Shown piece by piece: positions 9,054 to 16,813 of a DNA stretch of 37,911 nt. The notes beneath the pieces are model-generated. The model ran no database searches, was not told where the DNA came from, and saw nothing but the letters and a program-made list of their open reading frames with translations. The translations under genes and the position numbers were made by a program. Source of the stretch: a virus (Duplodnaviria > Caudoviricetes); the IMG/VR virus record IMGVR_UViG_3300048577_000469, positions 1 through 37,911 of that record. The stretch is one strand, 5' to 3'. Numbering within the stretch: position 1 is the first letter of the stretch; each line of letters opens with the position of its first letter.

Positions 9054-10103
9054 TCAGAATTCGCCCAGGCCGCATTCGAGGCGGACGGTCTGTGTCATGC
9101 GTTCGATCTGGCGGATGGCGCCTTCCAGAATGTCACCTGACTCCCCGCCGTGGATGGCGTGGTGGTCGGTAATCGCGCGGATCGCGGGCATCACCTTGCC
9201 GGCAATCTCGTGCTCGGCGCTCGTTACAAACCCCGCCAGCTCGTGGCGCAGGCTGGCGAGGACATCGTCCGGCTCTTCTGTCTTCACGCGGCCCTTGCGC
9301 GCAGCTAGCTCGTCGATCTTGGCATTCTTGTCGGCGATCAGGCGATCCTTGGCGGTGGCGGTTTCCTTGGCTTCGCGCAGGGCGGCGCGTAGCTCCTTCA
9401 CGCTCATGGTTGCCACATCGTCCAGGTGCAGTTCGCCGGTCTGGCCGGTCAGCGCTAGCTCGTCAATCTGCTCGTCGTCGAGGACGAGCATTTCCAGCAG
9501 CTTGGACTGGGTGCCGATTGCCTTAAGCAAATGCTGCGACGTCGCGGCATTTGAAAACTTCGCAGACGCCTGCATGAAGCGTTGAGCAACGCTGGCATCA
9601 AGGCCGAGAGCGTCAAGTCTCTGGCCAAATTGTCCGTGCTCGCAGGCAGCCTTCAGAACCATCAGCCCGCGCCCCACCTCCAGGCAAGCCTCTACGCTGC
9701 GCCGCATGTTGGCCGCGATGTCGCGCTGGATCAGGTCTGGATCGGTGGCCTCGGCGGGAAGCTGGTAGCCAAGCTGCGCTGCCACGGCACGCACCGTCGC
9801 CTCCTGAGCCTGGTGTGCCACTACCATCTGGTGTTCCTTCTTCGCCAGGTCGGCAGGTGTGGCGCTCACGAACTGCGGGCCAACAGCCTCAGCTTGGTCA
9901 AGTTTCCTGCGGCCTTTGCCGTTGGTCTTTGTGCCTTCGTCTTTCTGTGCCACTTCGCGCTCCTTCAGGTAATTGATGGTTTTGGTCAGTTCTTGGTCTG
10001 GGTCGGCAGGCATGTCGGCATGTCCGGCCAAGATGCGTTCGGCGTAATAGAGGGTTGCGGGGTCGATCCCATCCTGGCGCAGTTGTGCAGCGCTCCTGGG
10101 CAT
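9054..10103 (-). CDS. DUF3102-like protein
   Basis: EACLEVGRGLMVLKAACEHGQF..AQRFMQ, LDDVATMSVKELRAALRE; usual position upstream of A. Confidence 0.8.
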   Translation of the reverse strand: MPRSAAQLRQDGIDPATLYYAERILAGHADMPADPDQELTKTINYLKEREVAQKDEGTKTNGKGRRKLDQAEAVGPQFVSATPADLAKKEHQMVVAHQAQEATVRAVAAQLGYQLPAEATDPDLIQRDIAANMRRSVEACLEVGRGLMVLKAACEHGQFGQRLDALGLDASVAQRFMQASAKFSNAATSQHLLKAIGTQSKLLEMLVLDDEQIDELALTGQTGELHLDDVATMSVKELRAALREAKETATAKDRLIADKNAKIDELAARKGRVKTEEPDDVLASLRHELAGFVTSAEHEIAGKVMPAIRAITDHHAIHGGESGDILEGAIRQIERMTQTVRLECGLGEF

Positions 10104-10417
10104 CAGTGCGGCTCCCGCGAATAACGCTGTTCGAATTCATCGACGCGCGCCCGCAGCTTGGCGAATTCCTCGCCGGTAGCCCGCGAGATCTGCACAATCT
10201 TCGGTGTCAGGCGCCAATACTCGTCCCGGCCGGGGATGCGCTCGGCCAGCCCTTCCTCGGCCAGCACCCCGAGATCGCGCAGGGCGTTCGGCAGGCTAGT
10301 CCCGAGTGCTTCGGCTACCTGCGACAGCCGCAGGCCGTCCATTACGTGGCCTTGCAGGATCAGCAAGGCGCGCAGTGCGCGGCGGGCCGACTGGCGGTCT
10401 TGTTTCGGTTGGGTCAT
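10103..10417 (-). CDS. IclR-type HTH protein
   Basis: RRALRAL..GLRLSQVAEALG..ALRDL..L..EGL..WRL. Confidence 0.8.
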   Translation of the reverse strand: MTQPKQDRQSARRALRALLILQGHVMDGLRLSQVAEALGTSLPNALRDLGVLAEEGLAERIPGRDEYWRLTPKIVQISRATGEEFAKLRARVDEFEQRYSREPH

Positions 10418-10887
10418 GCTTCTGGCTCCAGGTCTAGTTCAGGTTGGTTGTTGCGGGCGATGGTCTCGCGGTGCCAGGCCAGGCCAGCCATGCCCGCCTC
10501 AATGGCCGCCAGTGCCGCAGCGGCCTCAATAGTCCCGGCCGCGAAGGCCAGGATCGCCCCGGTGGCATCGTTGAGCACGCCCTGCAGGGCCTGCACGTCG
10601 ATGGGCTGTACCTTGCGGCCGGTCGGCATCGGCACGACCAGTGAGCCGGACGAAAGCGCCAGGTAACGCGAGGCGTAGTCGATTCCGCAGACGTGCTCAT
10701 AGACGGGGATCAGGATCGCCGGCATCCGGCCGGTGGCCAGCCACTTGTATAAGGCGTCCGGTGTGACGCCCATCAGCTCGGCAATACGCTCAACGGTCAG
10801 TTGCTTGCGCTCGCGTGCGTAGTCCTTGCAAAACCTGAGCGCCTCAATCAGCGAGGTCGGAGAGAGGCGTTTCCAATCGCGTTTCAT
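10414..10887 (-). CDS. Phage regulatory protein (CII-like HTH)
   Basis: WKRL.PTSL.EALRFCK..LTVERIAELMG..LYKWLATGRMP. Confidence 0.75.
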   Translation of the reverse strand: MKRDWKRLSPTSLIEALRFCKDYARERKQLTVERIAELMGVTPDALYKWLATGRMPAILIPVYEHVCGIDYASRYLALSSGSLVVPMPTGRKVQPIDVQALQGVLNDATGAILAFAAGTIEAAAALAAIEAGMAGLAWHRETIARNNQPELDLEPEA

Positions 10888-10998
10888 GCTCGGAACCCCT
10901 TCACGGACCTTGCGTCAGAACAAAAAATCGATTGGAATATGCGCAAGTCTGTTTTACTAGGTGAAAATGAAGCCATCGCAAAAAGACGGGAATTGGTC

Positions 10999-11322
10999 AT
11001 GACGCACGCTGAAGAAATCGAGACATTGCGGAACGAAGTCGCGCAGCTGCGCGACGAACTGGATCGAATGGACGATTGGGCGAATGGATTGATGGGTGCG
11101 CTGCAGGATCTGGCCCTGCCATTGCTGCGCACACACCCAGATATTGCGGACACGGTGAAGTCGTCGTGGCGTCTGGCGTCGGTACGTTGGGAGAAACTGC
11201 AAGCGGACACTGGGCAGGCCGATGATTTTCACGAAACTGCCGATCTGCTTGAGCCGCGCAAGATGCTTTATCGAGCGCTTGAAGGGATCGGAGTATTTCC
11301 TCCGCCCTGGTGCGAGACATGA
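10999..11322 (+). CDS. Hypothetical protein, counter-oriented inside the early operon
   Basis: Protein-like 107 aa (coiled-coil start, MDDWANG); fills the gap between ner and the CII-like gene. Confidence 0.6.
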   Translation: MTHAEEIETLRNEVAQLRDELDRMDDWANGLMGALQDLALPLLRTHPDIADTVKSSWRLASVRWEKLQADTGQADDFHETADLLEPRKMLYRALEGIGVFPPPWCET

Positions 11323-11427
11323 TTACCTTGCCGTTGGCGCGGGTCGATTCGCGCACCAGGATGTCGACGCGTTGCTCGAAGTCTTCACCGGTCAATGGGG
11401 GTATTGGGCAATAGCCGGCTTGCATGA

Positions 11428-11622
11428 TTAGGCTGCCAGGCGGTCGGTATGTGGCTTCATGCCTAGCTTCACGGCGATTTCGTGAGCCTGGCCATAGAAG
11501 CCCTTCTCCTGACCGTTGAGGACGCGATAGACGGCGGTACGTTTGTAGCCGTGCCGCTTTGCCCAGTCGGTGATCGTTTCGCCGCGTTGGCGGAACTGTT
11601 TTTTGATTTGATCGGCGGTCAT
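11428..11622 (-). CDS. Ner/Cro-like DNA-binding protein (BcepMu gp16 family)
   Basis: MTADQIK..F..RG.TI..WA...GY....VY.VLNG..KG..G.AHEIAVKLGMK; GGAGG SD; first early gene. Confidence 0.9.
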   Translation of the reverse strand: MTADQIKKQFRQRGETITDWAKRHGYKRTAVYRVLNGQEKGFYGQAHEIAVKLGMKPHTDRLAA

Positions 11623-11668
11623 GTTGTCGGCCTCCGTTGTTGGTAGATGTTGGTGATGTGATGTGGAG

Positions 11669-11698
11669 ATTCTATGCCTAAGAAATTAGGCATGTCAA
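11669..11698 (-). promoter_or_regulatory. Early promoter Pe
   Basis: Minus strand TTGACA-N18-TAGAAT upstream of ner. Confidence 0.85.
11674..11693. promoter_or_regulatory. Operator palindrome
   Basis: ATGCCTAA-GAAA-TTAGGCAT with perfect 8-bp arms, covering the Pe spacer. Confidence 0.8.
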
Positions 11699-11714
11699 CT
11701 ATCTTTGGTGGCCT

Positions 11715-12509
11715 ATGGGTATTGATCGTTCTGAAATAGCTATACGTCTCGTTGAGGAGCGCACGCGTGTTGGATACAGTCAGGCTGACTTTGCGAGACA
11801 GCTATCTGTGAGCCGAGAAATGTTGCGGCGCTACGAAACCGGTGCGAGTGGGCTAAGTGGGGAATTCCTCGCAGACGCTGCCTCGCTGGGTGTCGACGTC
11901 CAATATGTGCTTACTGGAGTTGCTTCGCAGAATCGTGATGAGGCGGTTAAGGCAGCACAACCGGCCGTGCATGTGTCAGGTGGATCGGCTAATGTCATCG
12001 CGCTTAATCATGGTCCGATAACCATGATCGCTACGCAGCGGCATATCACGAATACAAAGGCAGAAGTGAAGCCCGGCGATGAGCACATCTCCGAAGATCA
12101 GGCAGTGACACTAACGGCATTAGTAGGTGATGTTGTCGAGCTAGAGGCAAAGCTCAAGCAGAAACCAAGAGGACATCGCGCCGTGTGGGGGGCTCTTAAC
12201 GCGCACTGCGGTGTAACTAGATATCGTCTGATCGCACACGGAGATTTCCCCAAAGCAGAGAAGTACCTACGTCAGTGGATCGGAAGGCTTAACTCGATGG
12301 CCAGCGCGCCGGTCAAAGATGGCGACGCATGGCGCAAGCGGCATTACGCTTACATCAAGATCAACAGTAAAGACGATCCTGACTGGATTACTCGCTATCT
12401 TGCAAAAACCTTTGGTGCGACCAGTCTCACAGAGTTATCGAATGAACAGTTGGAGAAAACATATCGGGCAATTGCATCACGCAAACAGGGAAAGAAATCG
12501 CTGAGATGA
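11715..12509 (+). CDS. Phage repressor: XRE HTH plus ORF6C-like C-terminal region
   Basis: RL.EER.R.GYSQADFA....VSR....RYETG..GVDVQYVLTG; divergent from ner. Confidence 0.85.
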   Translation: MGIDRSEIAIRLVEERTRVGYSQADFARQLSVSREMLRRYETGASGLSGEFLADAASLGVDVQYVLTGVASQNRDEAVKAAQPAVHVSGGSANVIALNHGPITMIATQRHITNTKAEVKPGDEHISEDQAVTLTALVGDVVELEAKLKQKPRGHRAVWGALNAHCGVTRYRLIAHGDFPKAEKYLRQWIGRLNSMASAPVKDGDAWRKRHYAYIKINSKDDPDWITRYLAKTFGATSLTELSNEQLEKTYRAIASRKQGKKSLR

Positions 12510-13039
12510 GAACCTCTTGGTGGCCGCCTCACCAGCGCCGACATTGGTCGTTGCTCCTGGCGCTGCTGGCTTTCTCGGCAGGCGCTGAGACGATGCACGG
12601 CGAGGTGATCGCCATTGCCGATGGAGATACCATCACGATACGTGGTTCCGACGCTAGCGTGATTGTGCGGATCGCCGGCATTGATGCGCCAGAAAGGCGG
12701 CAACCGTTCGGTCGAGAATCGACAGCCAACATGCGTCACATGCTGTTCGGTCATGCCGTGGCTGTCGACTGGCATAAGCATGATCGCTACGGTCGCGTCG
12801 TCGGTAAGGTGCTATTGGATGGTGTAGATGTTGGGCTTGCGCAGATCAAGGACGGTGCAGCCTGGCACTACAAGGCATATGCTCACGAGCAACCTGGTGA
12901 TGATCGCAATCGCTATGCAGCTGCTGAAATTGAGGCTAGAAATGAACGCCGCGGGCTATGGGGTAAAGAGGATCCAGTGCCACCGTGGGATTGGCGAATG
13001 ACTCGGAAAAACAAAAATGCAAAGACTCAAGGTAAGTAA
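12506..13039 (+). CDS. Thermonuclease (SNase-like) with signal peptide
   Basis: DGDTI, RIAGIDAPE, DRYGR, RRGLW..PW.WR motifs; hydrophobic leader LLLALLAFSAGA. Confidence 0.92.
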   Translation: MRTSWWPPHQRRHWSLLLALLAFSAGAETMHGEVIAIADGDTITIRGSDASVIVRIAGIDAPERRQPFGRESTANMRHMLFGHAVAVDWHKHDRYGRVVGKVLLDGVDVGLAQIKDGAAWHYKAYAHEQPGDDRNRYAAAEIEARNERRGLWGKEDPVPPWDWRMTRKNKNAKTQGK

Positions 13040-13688
13040 CCTGGTCGCGGGTAAAGGTGCCATGCTGGCTGGGGTTCAGCCCGGCGATGTGCTTATTTCA
13101 TACGCTGGCGCTAATGTGACTACGAATGATGAGTTGTCCCATGCGCTTCAGTCTGCACCTGTTGGTGGTGATCTGGTGGTGGATCGTCTCGGGGCTACGG
13201 TAAGACTAGCCGTCACCCAATTACCCCTGGGTTTGACGGTTGTGCCGATTGACTATAGCGACCCAGTGAAATACTGGGCAGGAGATGAAGGATTTCTCGA
13301 CCGCAAGGCCCTGGATGAGCGCGCTGATATTGAGCGCCAGCTGCATGAGATGATCGTCACCACGACGCCATCAGTAGAGGGGCGTCGCGTGCAGCGCATT
13401 ATCGATGTGGTAAGTGCCGAATGTGTATATGGCATGAACATCTTCGCGGATTTTTTCGCGGCGATAACCGACATCGTTGGCGGTCGCAGTAAAGTGTCGC
13501 AAAATCTGCTGCGTGAAGCCCGTCAGACATGTATCAGAGAGTTGAAGCAGGAGGCGCTAGCCATTGGCGCCAACGCAGTGATCGGGGTGCGCCTGGACTA
13601 CAGCGAATTTTCCGGGCAAGGCAAGTCGATGCTATTCCTGGTCGCGAGTGGTACGGCTGTAGTCATTGAAAACACTGTGGAAGCCTAG
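13017..13688 (+). CDS. PDZ domain - YbjQ (UPF0145) fusion
   Basis: N-terminal A..AGVQPGDVLISYAG..V (PDZ); C-terminal MIVTTT..VEG..D.VGGRS..GANAVIGVRLDY..ML...ASGTAV (YbjQ). Confidence 0.88.
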   Translation: MQRLKVSNLVAGKGAMLAGVQPGDVLISYAGANVTTNDELSHALQSAPVGGDLVVDRLGATVRLAVTQLPLGLTVVPIDYSDPVKYWAGDEGFLDRKALDERADIERQLHEMIVTTTPSVEGRRVQRIIDVVSAECVYGMNIFADFFAAITDIVGGRSKVSQNLLREARQTCIRELKQEALAIGANAVIGVRLDYSEFSGQGKSMLFLVASGTAVVIENTVEA

Positions 13689-13732
13689 CCGCCGTCCCAC
13701 CAGCGCCGACTTTCTGATTACGGCGCCTGCCC

Positions 13733-13778
13733 TCCGAACGCCTTCCCCCTGACGAGCCATCCGCGCGCGCGCGAAACT
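13733..13778 (+). promoter_or_regulatory. Late promoter 1 (activator-dependent, putative)
   Basis: TCCGAACGCCTTCCCCCTGACGAG...GCGCGCGC..GAAACT; repeated at 21652. Confidence 0.75.
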
Positions 13779-13784
13779 GCGCGC

Positions 13785-14057
13785 ATGCAAACTGTCGTCT
13801 ATCCCCCTGTTAATCCAGCCCCAGCCACCGCTGAGCAAGTCTGCGGTGGCTGCCGGTTTTTCAAGCCGTCGCGCAATGAGCCGGAGTCCGGGCATCGCTA
13901 CGGGCACTGCGATCATCAGATCAAGATGGCGCGCGAGGCGAGCGCGCTTTACCCGCAAATCCATCTTTACGACGACACATCCCGCTGCACGATAGTGAGC
14001 AGCCTGTCAGGCGCTCGTGTTTTTGAGTCAAAGGAGCCGGAACGTGAAAAAGCCTGA
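13785..14057 (+). CDS. Cys-containing hypothetical protein, first late gene
   Basis: CGGCRFF...GHC...C pattern; no SD sequence. Confidence 0.6.
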   Translation: MQTVVYPPVNPAPATAEQVCGGCRFFKPSRNEPESGHRYGHCDHQIKMAREASALYPQIHLYDDTSRCTIVSSLSGARVFESKEPEREKA

Positions 14058-14373
14058 GTGGTTGCGCAGAATTTTGAAGTGGCCGCGTATGGCCGAATGG
14101 TTGCTCGTTGCTATCGCCCTTGGCGCCGCCGTCTTCTTTACCGCGCCGCCGCCAGGTCAATACGACCCAGCGCTGTGGCGGATCGCCTTGCACAAGGCGA
14201 TGCTCGTCGCTACCGGTGGGTGGCTTGCCTATGGCCTGGATCGCAGCATCTATCCCTACGCCCGGCCGGACGTGTTCCTGGTCGGAGGGCGCGAGCTGGT
14301 CTTTTCGGCGGCCATGCTGCGCCGCGCGATCATCATCGCTGCCGGCATGCTCGCTATGGCAATGGGGGCGTAA
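14044..14373 (+). CDS. Putative holin
   Basis: Hydrophobic segments, GWLAYGLDRSIYPYARP and AAMLRRAIII motifs; AAGGAG SD before GTG 14044; precedes the endolysin. Confidence 0.85.
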   Translation: MKKPEWLRRILKWPRMAEWLLVAIALGAAVFFTAPPPGQYDPALWRIALHKAMLVATGGWLAYGLDRSIYPYARPDVFLVGGRELVFSAAMLRRAIIIAAGMLAMAMGA

Positions 14374-15008
14374 TGAGCCGCGACCGCTTCCACGCTATTC
14401 GCTGCATCATTTATTTGGTGTTTGCCTTTGGCGTTGCTCTTTTGGCATTGCTCCTTCCGGCTCAGGCGCAAGCCCAAGTGCCGCCCGCCGCCGCGCGTTA
14501 CCGTGGCGAGCTGGTGCGCCAGTCGCGCCTGGTGTTTGGCCTTGAGGCTCCGGTAGCGGCCCTGGCCGCGCAAGTACATCAGGAATCCGGCTGGCGGCCG
14601 GATGCGCACTCCGTTTACGCCCACGGCCTAACGCAATTCACCCCTGACACCGCAGAATGGATCGGCACAATCGACGCCGAATTGGCCGATGCCGACACCG
14701 GCAATCCCGCCTGGGCCTTGCGCGCCCTGGCTGTCTATGACCGCTGGCTGTTGGATCGCGTCAAGGGCGCTACCGCCTGCGACCGCTGGTGGGCCGTCGA
14801 GCGCTGCTACAACGGCGGCCTCGGCCACTGGCTCAAAGAGGCACGCCTGGCCGCTCCCGCCACTGATCGGGGGGCGATTGATGCCCGCTGCGGCCAGGCA
14901 TCCCGCAGCCCCAAGCACTGCGCCGAAAACCTCGGCTATCCGCAGCGCATCCTGCTGAAGTGGCAACCGCTCTATATGGGCTGGGGGCCGGGGGTGAAGT
15001 GCACATGA
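14373..15008 (+). CDS. Lytic transglycosylase (SLT) endolysin with N-terminal signal
   Basis: AQVHQESGW, GLTQF.P.TA, YNGGLG, EN.GYP.RI motifs; TAATG coupling to the holin. Confidence 0.92.
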   Translation: MSRDRFHAIRCIIYLVFAFGVALLALLLPAQAQAQVPPAAARYRGELVRQSRLVFGLEAPVAALAAQVHQESGWRPDAHSVYAHGLTQFTPDTAEWIGTIDAELADADTGNPAWALRALAVYDRWLLDRVKGATACDRWWAVERCYNGGLGHWLKEARLAAPATDRGAIDARCGQASRSPKHCAENLGYPQRILLKWQPLYMGWGPGVKCT

Positions 15009-15583
15009 CCGAGCTGCTAACCCTGCTGCGCGCCGCGTGGCCTTATCTCGCCTGCATCGCCATCGGCGCCGCTGCGGTCGGTGGCGTGCAAGAGCTGCGC
15101 ATTGACGCGCTCACCAGCGACCACGAGGCAGAGATCGACCGCATGCACGCTGAAGAGACCAAGCGCCAGCTCGGCCTGGCCGCTGCCTGGCGCGCCGAAG
15201 CCGAGCGCAAGGCCGCCCTGGCTGACGACATCGACCGCAAGCGTGCAGCGGAAAACCTCTCACTCGCCCGTCAACTTCAGGAGAAAAAGAATGCGCTTGC
15301 TGCTGTTACATTCGGCCGGCCTTGCCTTGGCCATGCTGCTCTCGGCCTGCTCAAGCAGCCCGCCGGCGCAAGACCAGGGCTCGACGCAATGCGTCCCGGC
15401 TCGCTACCTGACGGACCTGCCGGACCTGCCGCAGATCAAGCGGACCAGGCCGCGGCCGCGGGAGACGACTACGCCACCGACACCGCCGTCGCCGACTGGA
15501 TCGCCGACGCCAGCAGTCTCTACGAGCAATGCCGCAACCGGATCCGCGACATCCGATGCTACACAGGCGGGGGATGTCAATGA
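15005..15583 (+). CDS. Rz-like inner-membrane spanin
   Basis: N-terminal TM segment plus coiled coil; follows the endolysin (ATGA). Confidence 0.8.
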   Translation: MTELLTLLRAAWPYLACIAIGAAAVGGVQELRIDALTSDHEAEIDRMHAEETKRQLGLAAAWRAEAERKAALADDIDRKRAAENLSLARQLQEKKNALAAVTFGRPCLGHAALGLLKQPAGARPGLDAMRPGSLPDGPAGPAADQADQAAAAGDDYATDTAVADWIADASSLYEQCRNRIRDIRCYTGGGCQ

Positions 15584-15596
15584 CGATCCAGATTGA
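15291..15596 (+). CDS. Rz1-like outer-membrane lipoprotein spanin (nested, +1 frame)
   Basis: AGGAG SD; MRLLLLHSAGLALAMLLSAC lipobox; Pro-rich. Confidence 0.75.
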   Translation: MRLLLLHSAGLALAMLLSACSSSPPAQDQGSTQCVPARYLTDLPDLPQIKRTRPRPRETTTPPTPPSPTGSPTPAVSTSNAATGSATSDATQAGDVNDDPD

Positions 15597-15960
15597 GTTG
15601 TGGGCGCTGCTCTCTACGCTCGGCGGCTGGCTGCTGATTCTCGGCGGCGGACTCTGGACCGTGGCCAAGGTAATCGGCGGCCAGGTTGATCGTCGCCTCA
15701 ATGAAAAATTCGAGACCCAGGGCAAGTCGATCACGCTCTATGCCGAGTCGGCCGCGAGAACCGCCGATGAATTACGCCGGCTCGAACAGGACTTCCTCAA
15801 CTGGAAAGGCACCCTGCCGGTCACCTACGTACTGCGTGAGGACTACATCCGTGGGCAAGTTGTTCTTGAGGCGAAGCAAGACACGCAGCGTGCAGAAATC
15901 AAGGTGGTTCAGATGCAACTGCAACGCTTAATCGGGATACGCGAAGGAGAGCAGGGATGA
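15580..15960 (+). CDS. Membrane-anchored coiled-coil protein (Mu gp25-like position)
   Basis: N-terminal TM; LP..YV.REDYIR motif. Confidence 0.7.
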   Translation: MTIQIELWALLSTLGGWLLILGGGLWTVAKVIGGQVDRRLNEKFETQGKSITLYAESAARTADELRRLEQDFLNWKGTLPVTYVLREDYIRGQVVLEAKQDTQRAEIKVVQMQLQRLIGIREGEQG

Positions 15961-16268
15961 TCGACCAGGACAAGGCGCGCCGCGAGGGAATGCGTTGGAA
16001 CCTGCTGAAGGCGTTGCATATGGCGGCACCCTACACCAGCAGCGAAGACTTTCTCGCCGACATCATGCGCGGCATTTACCCTGGCGCAACGCAGGGCGAG
16101 GTGCGCAAACAACTCGACTACCTGGCCGACCGTAGGCTGATCGATCTGGTCAAGGATCCGGCTGGTACCTGGTTCGCCGATATCGGACGCTACGGCACAG
16201 ACATCGTCGAATACACGGTCGACTGCGACCCCGGCATCGCCCGGCCGCCCCGTCTTGGCACATCCTAA
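15957..16268 (+). CDS. Mu gp26-like wHTH protein
   Basis: RRE.MRW.LL..L, LDYLADR.L, G.D.VEYT....PGIARP. Confidence 0.8.
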   Translation: MIDQDKARREGMRWNLLKALHMAAPYTSSEDFLADIMRGIYPGATQGEVRKQLDYLADRRLIDLVKDPAGTWFADIGRYGTDIVEYTVDCDPGIARPPRLGTS

Positions 16269-16813
16269 TGGCCAAGCGCGGCAAGATCGAAAGCCTGCCG
16301 GACGATCTGCGGCGCTGGCTGGAGCGCGCGCTGACGGAAAGCGGCTTCAGCGGCTATGCCGAGCTGGAGGAACTGCTCAAGGCCAAAGGCTTCGTCATCA
16401 GCAAAAGCGCGATCCATCGCTACGGCCAGAAGATCGAGCGCCGTTTCGCGGCCATCAAGGCCAGCACTGAAGCTGCGCGCCTGCTCACGGAAGGGGCGGC
16501 GGACGATCAGGACGCTCGCTCCGAAGCTGTGATCGCCTTGGTGCAGACTGAGCTGTTCGAGAGCATCGTCAATCTGCAGGAAGCTGGCAGCGATGAGCTT
16601 TCAGACGTTGACCGGGTCGGGCTGCTCTCCAAGGCTGCCAAGAACATTGCCACGCTGGCGCGTGCTTCGGTGACCGTCAAGAAATTTCAGCAAGAGGTGC
16701 GCGCCAGAGCAATAGCCGTTGCCGACGATGTCGCCAACCAAGCTCGGGCCGGCGGATTGTCCGATGAAACAGCCGAACTGATCCGCCGCAAGATTCTTGG
16801 GGTCGCAGGATGA
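16268..16813 (+). CDS. Terminase small subunit (DUF3486, Mu gp27-like)
   Basis: KIESLP, ISKSAIHRYG, GLS.E....IR.KILG. Confidence 0.88.
   Translation: MAKRGKIESLPDDLRRWLERALTESGFSGYAELEELLKAKGFVISKSAIHRYGQKIERRFAAIKASTEAARLLTEGAADDQDARSEAVIALVQTELFESIVNLQEAGSDELSDVDRVGLLSKAAKNIATLARASVTVKKFQQEVRARAIAVADDVANQARAGGLSDETAELIRRKILGVAG

Noticed and set aside
10884-11210. 108-aa minus-strand ORF ending at the CII-like start
   Set aside because: Ser-rich composition typical of an antisense frame; no SD or motif
14058-14372. N-terminal extension of the endolysin ORF in the track
   Set aside because: Overlaps the holin; the likely start is ATG 14373, coupled to the holin stop
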